Assembly: GCA_000934665.2 (NCBI GenBank)
Contig: JYFJ02002067.1
Coordinates: 1 to 63,603, forward strand
DNA: 63,603 nt
Direction of reading: 5' to 3'
From: Catajapyx aquilonaris
Taxonomy: Eukaryota
The notes under the pieces are model-generated. The model did no database searches and was not told the origin of the DNA. It worked only from the letters and a program-made list of their open reading frames with translations. Of this stretch, positions 1-14,800 are shown in pieces (positions within the stretch are counted from its first letter, which is position 1; each line of letters opens with the position of its first letter). The position numbers were made by a program, and so were the translations under genes.

Positions 1-169
1 CTTTCAGTCATCTGGTAAATGGAGATCAGGAAATTGAACCTTCCTGTACATGTGGCCTACTATCTCTACCCTTCGGCTGGGAAATGAGAAAATTTTCCGT
101 ACTTGCCAACATGAACTTTGACTTAGGGAGACTGAAAATGCATTGATATCCCATCATAAGGCCCTGCCT

Positions 170-326
170 GCACTTCGAGTTATGGAGAACTTCGAGTTGT
201 AAAAATTCGAGTTAGGGAAGTTTATTTTCTATTATTTTACAATGTGACCAACCAAGCTCAGCATTTTCTTCGACTTATAGAGAACTTCAACTTAGGGAAG
301 TTCGATTTATAGAAGTTTTACTGTAC
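170..326. mobile_element. Remnant end of a TA-targeting MITE with internal repeats (pogo/Tigger-like)
   Basis: Repeated TTCGAGTT/TTCGACTT(A) units ending in ...TTTTACTGTA at 326. Similar ACTGTA-type ends occur near 2025, 8390 and 54843. The left end was not found. Confidence 0.45.
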
Positions 327-721
327 AAACTTAATTGGCCACATTCAGATACCGGTACACAGAAAAGCAAGGCTTAACTTTCAGTTTGTCAGTTTTTAGT
401 GATGTGACTGTGTATGTTGAATGTGCTTCTGTAGCCAAACTGTGTCATGAAGAGAGTAATGTTGTTTCACAGAATTATGGAAACCACATTCATTATTATT
501 GGCTAGTACAGGTTGAGAACACTTTATTCGAAATGGGGGGGGAGAGTGTTTTGTGAAGGCAAAAAGGCAGGCTTCACGACGAAAAGGTTGGGAACCACTG
601 CTCTACCAGTATCAATATCTTATATCTTTAAGCTGTGTTTACCTGTGAGGGATTCGCTCAGCGAAGAAACCAATTGTATGGGGTGATTATTGATTGTTCC
701 TTTCACCCCAAACCTATCATG

Positions 722-1380
722 TATGAGGTGCGTCCAGAAAGTAAGTTCCGTTTTTCAAAATAGTTTCCAGCCAAATTGGGGAATTTTTCATTGAGTTACA
801 CAATATTTTGCATGCCTATGTCATAGAGGTTTGCCGCCAGCCATTTCCGTGATCCCTGAATGCTGGATTGCAACTCATTGTCATCGTCAACCTTCTGCTT
901 TGCAAGCCATTTCTCCTTGTCCATGGACAGGTTGTAATAGCTAGGCTCTAAATCCCAGGTGATCAAAATATTCTGACTTAAATTGTTGCGGCAGGGTTCC
1001 AGTAAGCAAGGCAATACGCAGGGGAGCATTGTCGTACAAGAAAACACCCCAAAACTCAATATACTGACATATTTCTTGGGAATTGCCAGCCATAACTTCT
1101 GTAATGCCTCACAATAAACCTTTGGGTTGAAGAAACGTAGCAGCATACTGAGTTTTGAGGTGTTTTCTTGCACGACAATGCCCCCCTGCGTACTGCCTTG
1201 CTTACTGCATACAAAGGCATACAAAATATTGTGTAAATGAAAAATGCCCCAATTTGGCTGGAAACTATTTTGAAGAAAAGTAGACAGTTGTTGATTTCAG
1301 ATGTGCAAATAGAAATTCTGGAGGTGCATTGTGGTTTTTCTAATAAAAAAACGGAACTTCCTTTCTGGATGCGCCTCGTA
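722..1380 (-). mobile_element. Degenerate internally deleted mariner element in a KAP3 intron
   Basis: Imperfect TIRs TA-TGAGGTGCGTCCAGAAAGTAAGTTCCGTTTTT (722) and AAAAAACGGAACTTCCTTTCTGGATGCGCCTCG-TA (1380), flanked by TA. Minus-strand peptide KWLAKQKVDDDNELQSSIQ...LAANLYDIGMQNIV resembles a mariner transposase C-terminus. Confidence 0.8.
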
Positions 1381-1425
1381 CCATGTACCAGATTTGTTCA
1401 TGCAACAAAGTTTCATGATTCCTGA

Positions 1426-4188
<2,763 letters not shown>

Positions 4189-5410
4189 ACCAAGATAATC
4201 CCCAGTCAAACCTTGCACTAGTCTCCCATTATTGCCTCACAATAGAACCAACAATGTAGTAGAGCTGGTGCCTTCAAAGGTTTTCTAATTATTATGGCCT
4301 TAGAAAAGCTGAGCTGAGGCTTCTGAAAAGAGATTGGATGGATTGGCGCACAGGAATTTTATACATTGTTTCATTTTCATCACCAGTAACTGGAACAGTA
4401 AAAGTTCAGACAAGAACAGCATCTTATGGGGTGTTTACAATACTTAAGCTGTGCTGGGAAGGATTTTAGGAATTCATTGTTGATCACAACAGTTATCAAT
4501 CTTTCATTTACTACCAAGTATTATTTCGCTGCAACAGTATTATGTGGCTGAATTTGGCTTCTAGTCAGCACTTTTGTTTAAAATGGTACTTCTAATATTT
4601 TGCATATTATTTTCTGGTATACTGAAATTGTGGGTATGCAAAAGGAAGCATTTATAAAAGTCAATGGGCTTGTGTAATTTTGTGGATGGGATTTGCCAGC
4701 ATATACAATTAACCAAAGCATGAAATGTAGCATAGTGAATTCAAATATTTTTTCCACATCAATGTGTCACTGCATCATACAAGCCTCTCTCATACCTAAT
4801 GTATTTGTCTGTGTAATTTTCAAAATGAGTACATTTCCAGAGGCAACAATCATGTAATTATTTCTTACCTTTGACCTTCATCTTACATGAAAGAAAACAG
4901 GTGAAACGGTTTTAAAAAGTGTTTTTAAACCTTTCTTTATTGGGCAACAATGCCAAGATGACCTCGTGCATCGCCATGATTGGACTATGCTAAATACTTA
5001 CAAATATTAACCTATGTACAGTAAACAACTCAGTCCCACACTTCTCTCAGTCACACAATTCAAGACACTTTTGCATAAATGCTATACATAAATATCAAAA
5101 CTCTGGCAACAAGACAAAACATCGTCTAATTATTTTAAATTTGTAAAAATCACAAGTAAAAAGCTGCTATGTTCTAAAGGTTAAATGTTAAATATTGAGC
5201 ATTAAGCAAGTCTAGAAAACAATTAGACTCTGCAACTAACAAGTCCTTCATGGATTCCAATCGCAGGCAGTGATTAGCAATCCCAAAATAAAAGTACCTC
5301 ATATGGCACAAGGGCAGCTTTGTTCTCATATGCAGGTAAAAGAAAATAATGAGATCTTAGCCCTCTATAAAAATTTCAAAACTCTTATGTTCATTCCAAG
5401 AACCTGCTTC

Positions 5411-8400
5411 TCACCGATCAATGTCAGAGGCAATGATGGGGTCGCTCTTGGCCAACTTGAGGATGGTCTTCTTCACACGTAGAATGGGTAGGCGTGCGTT
5501 TGGCTTCTGGTTCCAGCACTCTCGCATCAATTTTGTCATCCCTTCTAGCAGCTGAAATTAAATTATTTTATAAACATAAAAAGCACTCACTTATGGGCTT
5601 GTCATAAAATTTTGCAGCAAATGATATTTCATCACCATGGAGGTCCCATTTAAAATGCGAAAATTACTAAAATTTATTGCAAATTCTACTCACAGGATTT
5701 GACGCCCATCTGTTGGACAGGGTGGGTCTCTGTTGGTCCACACAGACCACCTTCCGCATGTCCTCAAAGCTTGGGTCAGAGGGGACAAACTCAAAGAATG
5801 GTGGCTTATAGTCCTCCACGATCCCACCAGAAGCAGTGCGCCGGCACAGCTCCCAAAGTACAAGTCCAAATGCATAGATGTCAGCACGACGGAATGATTC
5901 AAACACTTCCATGTTGATGCTGGGGAGTAAAGGTCAGATGTATTGTGTTTATAAAAGAAATACATGACACCTTCTTGCAATTTAGAATTGTATCATTAAT
6001 GCTTTATATTGATTTTAAAACCAGGTGCGGTGAAAGTCATTGTTTCAAAACTCGTGGGGATCACAAGTTCAACTTCAAGATAAGAAGTGTTCCCTTGAGT
6101 TCCTTCATTGCATTCAGAAAACAGTAAGTTAAAGGACAGAATATATTGCAAGGGGACCCAATAATTATTTTGAATCAAGAATTTTAAAAGCGTGTCAAAG
6201 AAAATAATAATGGCTGGTGAATGGCAATCACTTCAAATTATCTGATAATGAATTAACGAGGTTTTATGGCGTCCCTCTGCATTTGTCAGTGGGGGAAAGG
6301 GGTAGTACGTACCTTTCGTCAAGAACCTCTGGGGCCATGTACCGCTTAGTTCCAACACGTGGATTCTGCCCAATATTAAGTTCTCCAGTTGTTTGTGTGT
6401 GGGTTACTGCAAGTCCAAAATCAGCTATGACACATGTCCCATTCAGCTTCACCAATATGTTCTTGGACTTGATGTCACGGTGGGCTATAGCCGGTCTGCT
6501 CTGGGTCCCAAATATCTCAGTGTGCAAGAAGACAAGTCCATTGGCAGCAGAGAGAGCCAAGTTGACCATCCTGAGGTGGTCCACACTAGTGTGGTTGAGG
6601 TAGTCATACAACGAGCCCAGGGGGTGGTAGTGAGTAACCAGCCACAGTTGAGTGCATGAGTTACGAGAGGTCATGTCTGAACCAATGTAGCCCAGAACGT
6701 TGTCGTGTCGCATCAAAGTAGTGCTGTAGATCTCAGTTTCACGGGTCCAAGATGCTTCATCACGTGAAAAGAATATTTTCACAGCAACTGCTTCACCTTG
6801 CCATAACCCTCGCCATACCTCACCATACCGCCCTTTGCCAATGCAATCTTTCAGTGATATCTGCTTGGCCAACGTGCGCTGTATCAATAACGGCAATCCA
6901 GCTCCACTTCCAGATGTCAGTGAATGCTCAAATATCTCCCGCAATGTTGAGTCACCTGCAGCAGTGGCGTGTAAATCGTCTCGATACAATTTCTCATTCT
7001 CACATGCAGATATCTCGTTCATTCGCTTCTGGTGGGCACGGCGCATCCATATCAAAGCTCCCACAAGTAAAGAGCCCAAAAGCAGAATGGGACACACTAC
7101 AGAGAGAGTGACTTTTAGGACATGAAAGTCATCGTGTAGGGGTGTCTGGCTGCCTCGGTATGGCAGGGCAGGTAATGCAGGGAATGAGCCATTGTTGCAG
7201 AAGTCACCCTGGCAGCAGTGGATGGCATACTGGGCTACAGTGTCAGTGGAAGGGTGCCCATCTGATGAAGCTGATGGGAGAGGCTCGGAGGAGTGAGAAT
7301 GGGTGCTGCACATCATGGGCACCTGGTCATGCTTGTAGGTGCACCCTCGCGACAGAGTTTCCACTCCTTGGGTGTCCTTTACACGGGCTTTCCAACACTG
7401 TGGGATGAAGAAATGGAAAATGCATTACTCCACGTTGCCTAAACTAACATTACACGTTCCAGATGGAGGATTGCACCATATTTCTACCCACAAGTACCAT
7501 CTCACCTTAGGGAAGGTAGTATCAATTCCAGTTAAGAAGAAAATATCCAATTACACTGGATTATGACTGTACAGTCCACACCTTTGCATCCTCAGACATT
7601 TTCCCTAATTTGTTTTCTTACAACCAACCTGTAGTTTGTATCTGTTGCTTTATGGTGTCATGTAAAAGCAATCTCAACGTCCTTGCACAATACCTTTGAG
7701 GCACCATTGCAGACTTTGTGCTCCTGGCAGGCAGCATCAAGACACATGTGGCACTTGAAGCGAGGTGTGGTGTCGAGAGAATTGATTCCACTTGAGATGG
7801 GAACCTTTGATAAAAGGTCCTCACCCAAGTTACCCTCAGCCATTATCTCTTCTCCATCATCAACTGTCTCCTCCTCTTCATCATCATCTTCTTCCTCTCC
7901 TTCTCCCGCCTCCTCCTCTGCAGTCAGCAAGGTAGCCAGGCGCATACTTATGCCATCCAGGTCATTTCCCTTCAGGCCCAGTAGCTGCTTCTCATCATCT
8001 GCAGACAAAGCCATTTCCTGAATATTGAGTCTAGCTCTTGGTAACAAATTCATGCATACAGGACTAGGCCATTTGGAGCGATGCCAACAACGCAAGATGA
8101 TGCAAACAGTAAATGCTTCACACATGATGAATGAGAAAAGAATATGATTGGATCTCCTCGAGTCTGAGAAAGAATATGCTCCAGGATAGGTTTTTGATAT
8201 GAAATGCTATGATTTTCCATGCACATTGATCCTAATAATGTAACAGTAATACCCACGGTAATACCTCAATATAAAGCTCTTCAAGGGCCCGCCCAAAAGT
8301 AGCGTTATATGCGGGAAAATGTTATGGAAATGATTGAGGGACCCTGAAACGGGGGCATGGAAAGCATTATATGTGGGAGCATTTACTGTACATGGAAAAG

Positions 8401-9780
8401 GGAAATTGATGATTATGGTGTTTTGAAAATCTGTGTCTGAAATTCATAACTGTCAACTGATATGCAACTTTGAAATGAGAAACCCAAATCTCCCCAGTAA
8501 TGCTGTAATTTGTCAAACTTTTACATCACCATCATGTGCAACAGACATGGAGGACATTATTTTAATCCAGACCAACTATGTGTGTGCTATTCACTGCAAC
8601 AGCACATTTTGTGTACTTCCATGAGTGCAACACTTTTGATCATACGACAGTATCTCATTGCATGTTATTAGTGCAGTCAATAAAGAATGTGCCATATTTA
8701 TTGTGGAAAAACTATGGCCCATGTAATAATGCCGATTGGCTGGGATAACCTTCAAACCTTAAGAAAATTATGCACATGTTCGGCCTGAGGGAGCATGTCC
8801 TGCAGGAAGCAACCCACTGAAAACACCGTTCAGTCAATAAAATACGGGCTGAAGGCTACACATAAATGTAGCATTTAACTTTTTTGTGATGAATTAGACC
8901 TTTATCCCACTGAGACATAAGGCATACAATGGCCTGCTCATAGAAGTCTTTGGGTTGTTCCTTGGAACCACATCCCAACCCCCCTCCTCCCCTTCATCGT
9001 CTGTCTGGAATATGCCTCTGCGCAAAGCTTTCTTCAGTTCACCAAGAACGTGAAAGTTGCAGGGGAACAGGTCGGTTCTGTAGGCTAGTGGGTGGATGGC
9101 AGAGGACTTCCCCTTCAATTAACGCACAAGATTTTTGATGTTTGCTGTATAGGGGTGGGAATTATCATGGCATTCTGGCACGCAGGGATTGCACTTGGAT
9201 GGCACTTTTGGCAGGTCGCTTGGCTTTTGATCACAATTATGATGCGACACCTACTCCCTCTAGACGCAGATGCGCATAACATTCTTTGAGGTTTGAAGGT
9301 CATCCCTGCCGATCGGCGTTATTGCACGTCCCATAGTTTTTCCACCATATATACGGCTTGTTACGGCACCTAATACATGACCACTAGTGTGCCAAATCCA
9401 TCCTGAACCTGTGACACATACGCAAAGACAGTCATCAGCATGGCAAATGAGCAGTGAGCGCAAGAACTGCGCAATTATTGGTCCCACTGGACCCAGGAGC
9501 ACACTGTCCTCCCGTTTGGGTACCACAGTTGTTGAGCGGGAGTGTCCCTGCCAGTTGGCCCAATGAGTGCAGTTAAAAGACCCATGCAGATTGTGTGCCC
9601 TTTCAAGTGCCGTGTGTGTCAGGCTGGGGAGGAAGGGCAGGGCCCCCCTTCTGCCCTCTCCTGTCAGTGGACGACTGCCTCGTGTATACCTGTGGTGGGC
9701 CTGGCTCCGATCGGGTGCACCAGACAGCACCAGCAGCAGAAGACCAGAAGGAAAACAAACGGAGCCAGATGCTCCGCCAT
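5411..9780 (-). CDS. sax: BMP/activin type I receptor of the Saxophone/ACVR1 (ALK1/2) class, ~615 aa
   Basis: Exons 9690-9780 (signal peptide [26 protein letters not shown]), 7694-7998, 6313-7397, 5694-5919, 5411-5551 total 1848 nt, in frame. Features: Cys box [10 protein letters not shown] helix, GS box [12 protein letters not shown], kinase motifs [20 protein letters not shown], and ALK1/2-type L45 loop [13 protein letters not shown]. Confidence 0.94.
8843..9120 (-). mobile_element. Degenerate mariner transposase 3' fragment in sax intron 1
   Basis: Peptide [34 protein letters not shown] is a decayed form of the mariner HPPYSPDL.P.DF..F..LK..L.G.RF..D.E motif. Boundaries are approximate. 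Confidence 0.7.
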
Positions 9781-9958
9781 CTTCGCTACTTGGGAGACTG
9801 GGGGAGGAGGGAAGGCGGAAGGGGAGGGAGGAGGAGCCAAAAGGCAGACAGGGGCGCAGCCAGAGTGTTGATCCAGGATCAGTGCTTCCCTCTGTCACGT
9901 CTGGCTGCTTTTCAGACATGCGCAGTGCTCTCTAGTTCGCAGGTTGGTCTTGGTTTTG

Positions 9959-10730
9959 ATGGCGGTTCGATTCGGTGTCCGGCCTACTTGGATCCGTCTT
10001 TTCTCCATCACACACTACCAATGTTTTATGTAACCAGGAAAAGGGTGACCATATGTTGAAAAGTAATCTCTGGGAGCTTCCTCCAGTTCAGTTGGACTTG
10101 AACAAGATTGGCAAGATTTTTATTGAGGCTGGCTTCAGTGATCTTCACAATGATGTAGCTTGGTAGGCCTACTTCCTTTGAAATTTTCTTAAAACCTTTC
10201 CTGCACGCAGGTCCAGAGTACACATTGAAAGTATTCTTTGTGTATCAGAAAGCATACACAGCCTATCATTAGTTTTGTAAGTTACATGCAATATTAGCTC
10301 CGACCACTTTCAGTTGATGGGTTATTAGCTCTTGGTTGTACCAGTGTCACAATAATTCTGTGAGTTTGTTTTGCATTTGCCTGGAAATATAATATGTTTG
10401 TCATGTAAGCTGTAAGCTTAAATGGCTGAAAAAACATTCAATGCTAATTTGTTGCATGGTATGTACTGCTGCCATGCTAAAAGTATGGTGTTCGACGAAT
10501 TCTTTCATAAGTAAAATCTGCATTCTTCAGTTACCTTTTCCATGTGATCTCAATTCCCACTTATGCATTTTTGCTAAGTGGGCATGATATTGAAAATTCT
10601 CCTGCAGCTGAGTTCCGTTACAGATGTTAATAAACAGTGGTATGTAACTTTCTGGTTACATTTTTGGTCTTGGAGTGATAACTTGGGACAAGAAAACTAG
10701 TTTCACCATTTTGATCTTGCAAACAAAATA
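9959..10730 (+). CDS. Putative small multi-exon gene (or lncRNA) of unknown function, head-to-head with sax
   Basis: Phase-compatible candidate exons 9959-9964 (ATG GCG), 10038-10162, 10211-10276, 10329-10359 and 10608 onward give MAEKGDHMLKSNLWELPPVQLDLNKIGKIFIEAGFSDLHNDVAWSRVHIESILCVSESIHSLSLVFSWLYQCHNNSLSSV... No family recognised; some introns are short (48-52 nt) and the 3' end is unresolved. Confidence 0.35.
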
Positions 10731-11867
10731 AAGGCAAAATAATCAACAGGTAAGATCTCGAAAGATGAACAAGCCCAATACAGGACAGGGGCCTCCTGAG
10801 TATTGATGTTGACATTCACTGGAATGGAGTTCTACAAGCTCCTGACAAGTGGTGAAATCACTTCAGTTGGAATATAAATAATATTGTGGAAATGTCAAGA
10901 AAGGATTGCAGATTTGACATTTGAGTGATACATTGCCATGCAACCAACTTTACTGGCATGCTGCAGAGTGTATGCATTGTGGCAGTTATTGTCCCTTTCC
11001 CTTTCCCAGCCTCCTCGGCAGTCCAGGAGGGCTCAGCATGAAATTGTTTGCAATTAAAAACTGCTCCCCACATCAGGCCATACAGTACATATTTTTTTAC
11101 TCTGCAGGTGGAACTACTGCTATGAAGTACCGGTAGCTGACTTTTAGTACACTTGAGGGCAATAAAAAGCCAACCTTTCTTCAGATCATGGGACTCAGAG
11201 GTGAAGGGCTGGACGAAGTGGTCCAATGGAAACAAAGCGATGTGAGGTATTATTTTTTAATTGCATGTTTTTGTTATATGGACGGATTTTTCATTGCTGC
11301 AACAACATTCCTTGATTAAAAAACAGTAGGTTTAATCATAGCACTCAAGTGGTTTCATACTGATGCTGCATTGAGAACAAGTGATGTGTGCTTTGGCCTC
11401 TCCAGCTTACATAAATTAGCGTATACTAAGTGAAAAAGACATGACTGACAATAAGTAAGCTATTAAAATGGGTACTCTGTGGTGTAGAGAGGCTATTTTA
11501 AAAATATGTCCTCATTACAAATAAAATCCAGTCACTGCAAACTTCCATTTTGGCAAGTTGTACTTCATAAAAAATTTCTTACTACTGCACTGTACACCAA
11601 ATTGCATTCACAACTATTTACAGATGCCGGCAAGGTCTTCTTTTTCATTGCAAATGTTCTGCAAATGAAAATCGTTGCACATTGAACTTTGAGGCACAAA
11701 TCTCCAACGCTGGGACACTAGTCTGTTTATGGGATCCCCTATCCACGAAACATTTTTTTTGCACTTGCACCATATAAAATTCCTGGCAGTGTCTTCCTGA
11801 GTCACGTCCTGTCCAGCAGGATTTTTTTCCCATTGTCCATGTTGAAAAAAATTAAGTAGACAGCACA

Positions 11868-14800
11868 TTAGATGAGCCTCTCTTCTGGTGGGGGCTTCAA
11901 CACATTGTCAAGTTCTAGCCTTGGGTTGCAATATTCTTGCCTACTGGGACTGTAGGTTCCTCGAGTAGCCCTCTTCTTGCGGGCCATAGTGATAAATATT
12001 GCGAAGCCAATAGTAGCAATGAGGAGGAGTGTCACAAGTATGGGCACTACGATGATGGCCACACTGATTCCTTCTGCATTACCGGCTCCCTGTGAGATAT
12101 TGAGACACGTTGAGTTGTAACAAAAGCTTCATGCAGCTTTATGAACTTACCTTTCTGCATGAGGGTCCATAGTATGGGGGAGTGCACATGCACATGTAGT
12201 TTACAGGCAGGGAGGAGTTAAAGCAGTAGCTGATGCAAACGCCACCATTCATGCATGGGTGTTTCTAAAAAAAAGTGCAATCCCAAGGGCATGCAGTATT
12301 GTGGTAGTGCAAAGGTTATACTTTAATTATTTTATTAATTTCATCCTCAGATTATTATTGGTGTAGTACATGCTTTTCATTTCAGAGACTTCTGCCACAT
12401 ATTTAACCCCTTCGGTACCAGATCTAGGGGGTGTGATTTTCTTCTGTTCAACTTTCACGTACTCTGAGGATATGGACAAGATATTTTACAAATAACAGCT
12501 ATACTTACACGTTCATGTTGTACACTATGAATATGTTTGGAGCAATTTTCCACTTCTGGAATTCGTAAAATTAATTTCCAAAAAAATCGATGTCAAAACT
12601 AGAAATTAAATTACTGCTGGCCAACTGTTAGGCTGATTTAATTATGAAATACGTTAAAATGTACGGAATAACAACCTTGAGAATCATGCTATGGCGAAAC
12701 TGCTGAAGCTGTCGCACTTGCGAGAATTAAATCAATTTTGGAGTTTTCCAAAGTGAGAGGCAAGCTGCAGTAAGTATAAATTTAATTCTCACGAAGTATT
12801 ACGATTTCAGCAGATTCGTCATAGCAAAATTTTCAAGGTTGTTGTTCAGTATATTTTAAAGTATTTCGGGGAGACGGAGTGGCGCCGCGGTAACGTGCGC
12901 GCCCACGGATGTTAAGGTCCCGGGTTCGATCCCAGCCCGGGGACACCCCCTTCATCTCGTGCAGAGTTCTGGGGTCGTCTCTGGCTTCGTCTCGGGTGGT
13001 ATATCCACAGACTAAACCACCCGGGGGAGTTCACAAAACGACCAAGCACCGTTACTGCACTGCACTTGCACATCTCTTCCTGTCATCCTGCCCATGGGCC
13101 CGGGCGCTTCGAATATGGCACCATGTATACTTCGATTGAAATAATAAAGGTCCGTGCAAATACCCTCTGGGTGAGCACTAACCCAACAATTATTATTATT
13201 ATTTATTATTATTATTATTTTAAAGTATTTCATAATTAAATCAGCCTAGCAGTTGGCCGGCAGTAATTTAATTTCGAGTTTTTACGAAGATTTTTTTGGA
13301 AATGAATTTTGCGAATTCCAGAAGTGGAAAATTGTTCCAGACATATTCATAGTATACAACATGAATGTGTAAGTATAGCGGTTATTATATTTGTAAAATA
13401 ACTTGACCATATCTTCAGGGTACATGCAAGTTGAACAGAAGCGAATCTCGTCACTTAGATCCAGTACCGAAGGGGTTAAGTACAGGATATTTGCAAAATG
13501 CAAGGAAATTATAGATATCCCGAAAGGATTAGTTATTAAGAATTTCAAACAGGAAGAGTTTATGCCACATGCAGTAGAGTTGTGCTAATTTGAAATTCAC
13601 AGATGCAGATTTCTCAATCTGTTTTTTTGTTGTTGTTGTTGTTGTTGTTTTTTTTTGTTTAAAAAAAAAACAAAAAAAATACAGAATACCAGCAATGAGA
13701 CTTGCTGTTCGCTCAAAATTCTCTAGGCACATGGAAATTATGCAATTGCTTTTGACATGCATGAGTAGAATTCTGCAAATTTAAATTTACTTTCAGGTTA
13801 CGGTATGTGTATCTTGCACGTTTCTTACCTGTGACTGTAATATTAAATCTTTACACAAGCACTTTCAACTCTCTGCATGTGTAATATTTAACTTGCATAC
13901 GGAATTGGTATATATTTGTTAAAAGATGTAGCATGCTGGTTGACATTAGAGTGTGGTTAGTGAAGGTAACAAAATTCCTGAAATAATATAATCAGAGTAT
14001 TACACACCTCACAAGGATCTAAGCTGTCGCATCGTGGTCCACAGAAGCCTTCATCACAGGTGCAGATATATGATCCATTTGTATTGTGACAGGTACCATT
14101 TATGCAAAATGAGCCATTTTTACATTCATCAAAGTCCTCTTCACAATGTCGGCCAATGTAATCTGTAGAAAATGCATATTGTAATTATTTTCATGTCATG
14201 AGGAACAATAACTTTCTGGATATTCTTACTTGTTCCAGTGCAGTCACAGGTGTAATTATTCAAGAGATCATTGCACTTTCCTCCATGGTAACATGACTCG
14301 AGAAAGCAATCATCAGTGTTGGTTTCACACTGCTTGCCTTCATATCCCTCCATGCAAGTGCAGCTGTATCCCTAAGGAAGAATTAATTTATGAGCATTGT
14401 GTGACATTCTGCAGCTCCAAAATCATTGGCAGACTTACGTCATCAAGAAGGCCAGTGCTTGTGCAGGAGCCTTCATTTTGACATGGATTGCTGTAGCAGA
14501 AGTCTTTCTTGGACTCACAATCATCTCCTTCATACCCAAATGGACATGTGCATATGTATTGATGCACAGTAGATGACACAGTACCTTTGATATAGAGACA
14601 TGTAATGAACTGCCCAAGCAGAACCTAATTTGAAATACTAACTTGGTTCATTTTTGCAAATTCCTTTATTCTGACATGGAGAGTCGCTGCAGTTCTTCAC
14701 TCTCTCTAACTCACAAGTCTTCCCCACATAGTCTGGTGGACATATGCACTCGAACATGTTGAGTTTGTCTTCACAAGTGCCACCATTCTGGCATGGGCTT

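Noticed and set aside
8120..8170. ATGATGA...CTGA resembling C/D snoRNA boxes
   Set aside because: Only ~45 nt apart, no terminal stem, and antisense to the host intron.
9260..10059. Several overlapping 100-220 aa ORFs on both strands
   Set aside because: By-products of the GC-rich sax promoter, 5' UTR and first exon; no recognisable domains.
12868..12945. tRNA-like A and B boxes (also at ~63215-63270)
   Set aside because: Followed by SINE bodies, (TTA)n tails and TSDs; no complete cloverleaf, so not tRNA genes.
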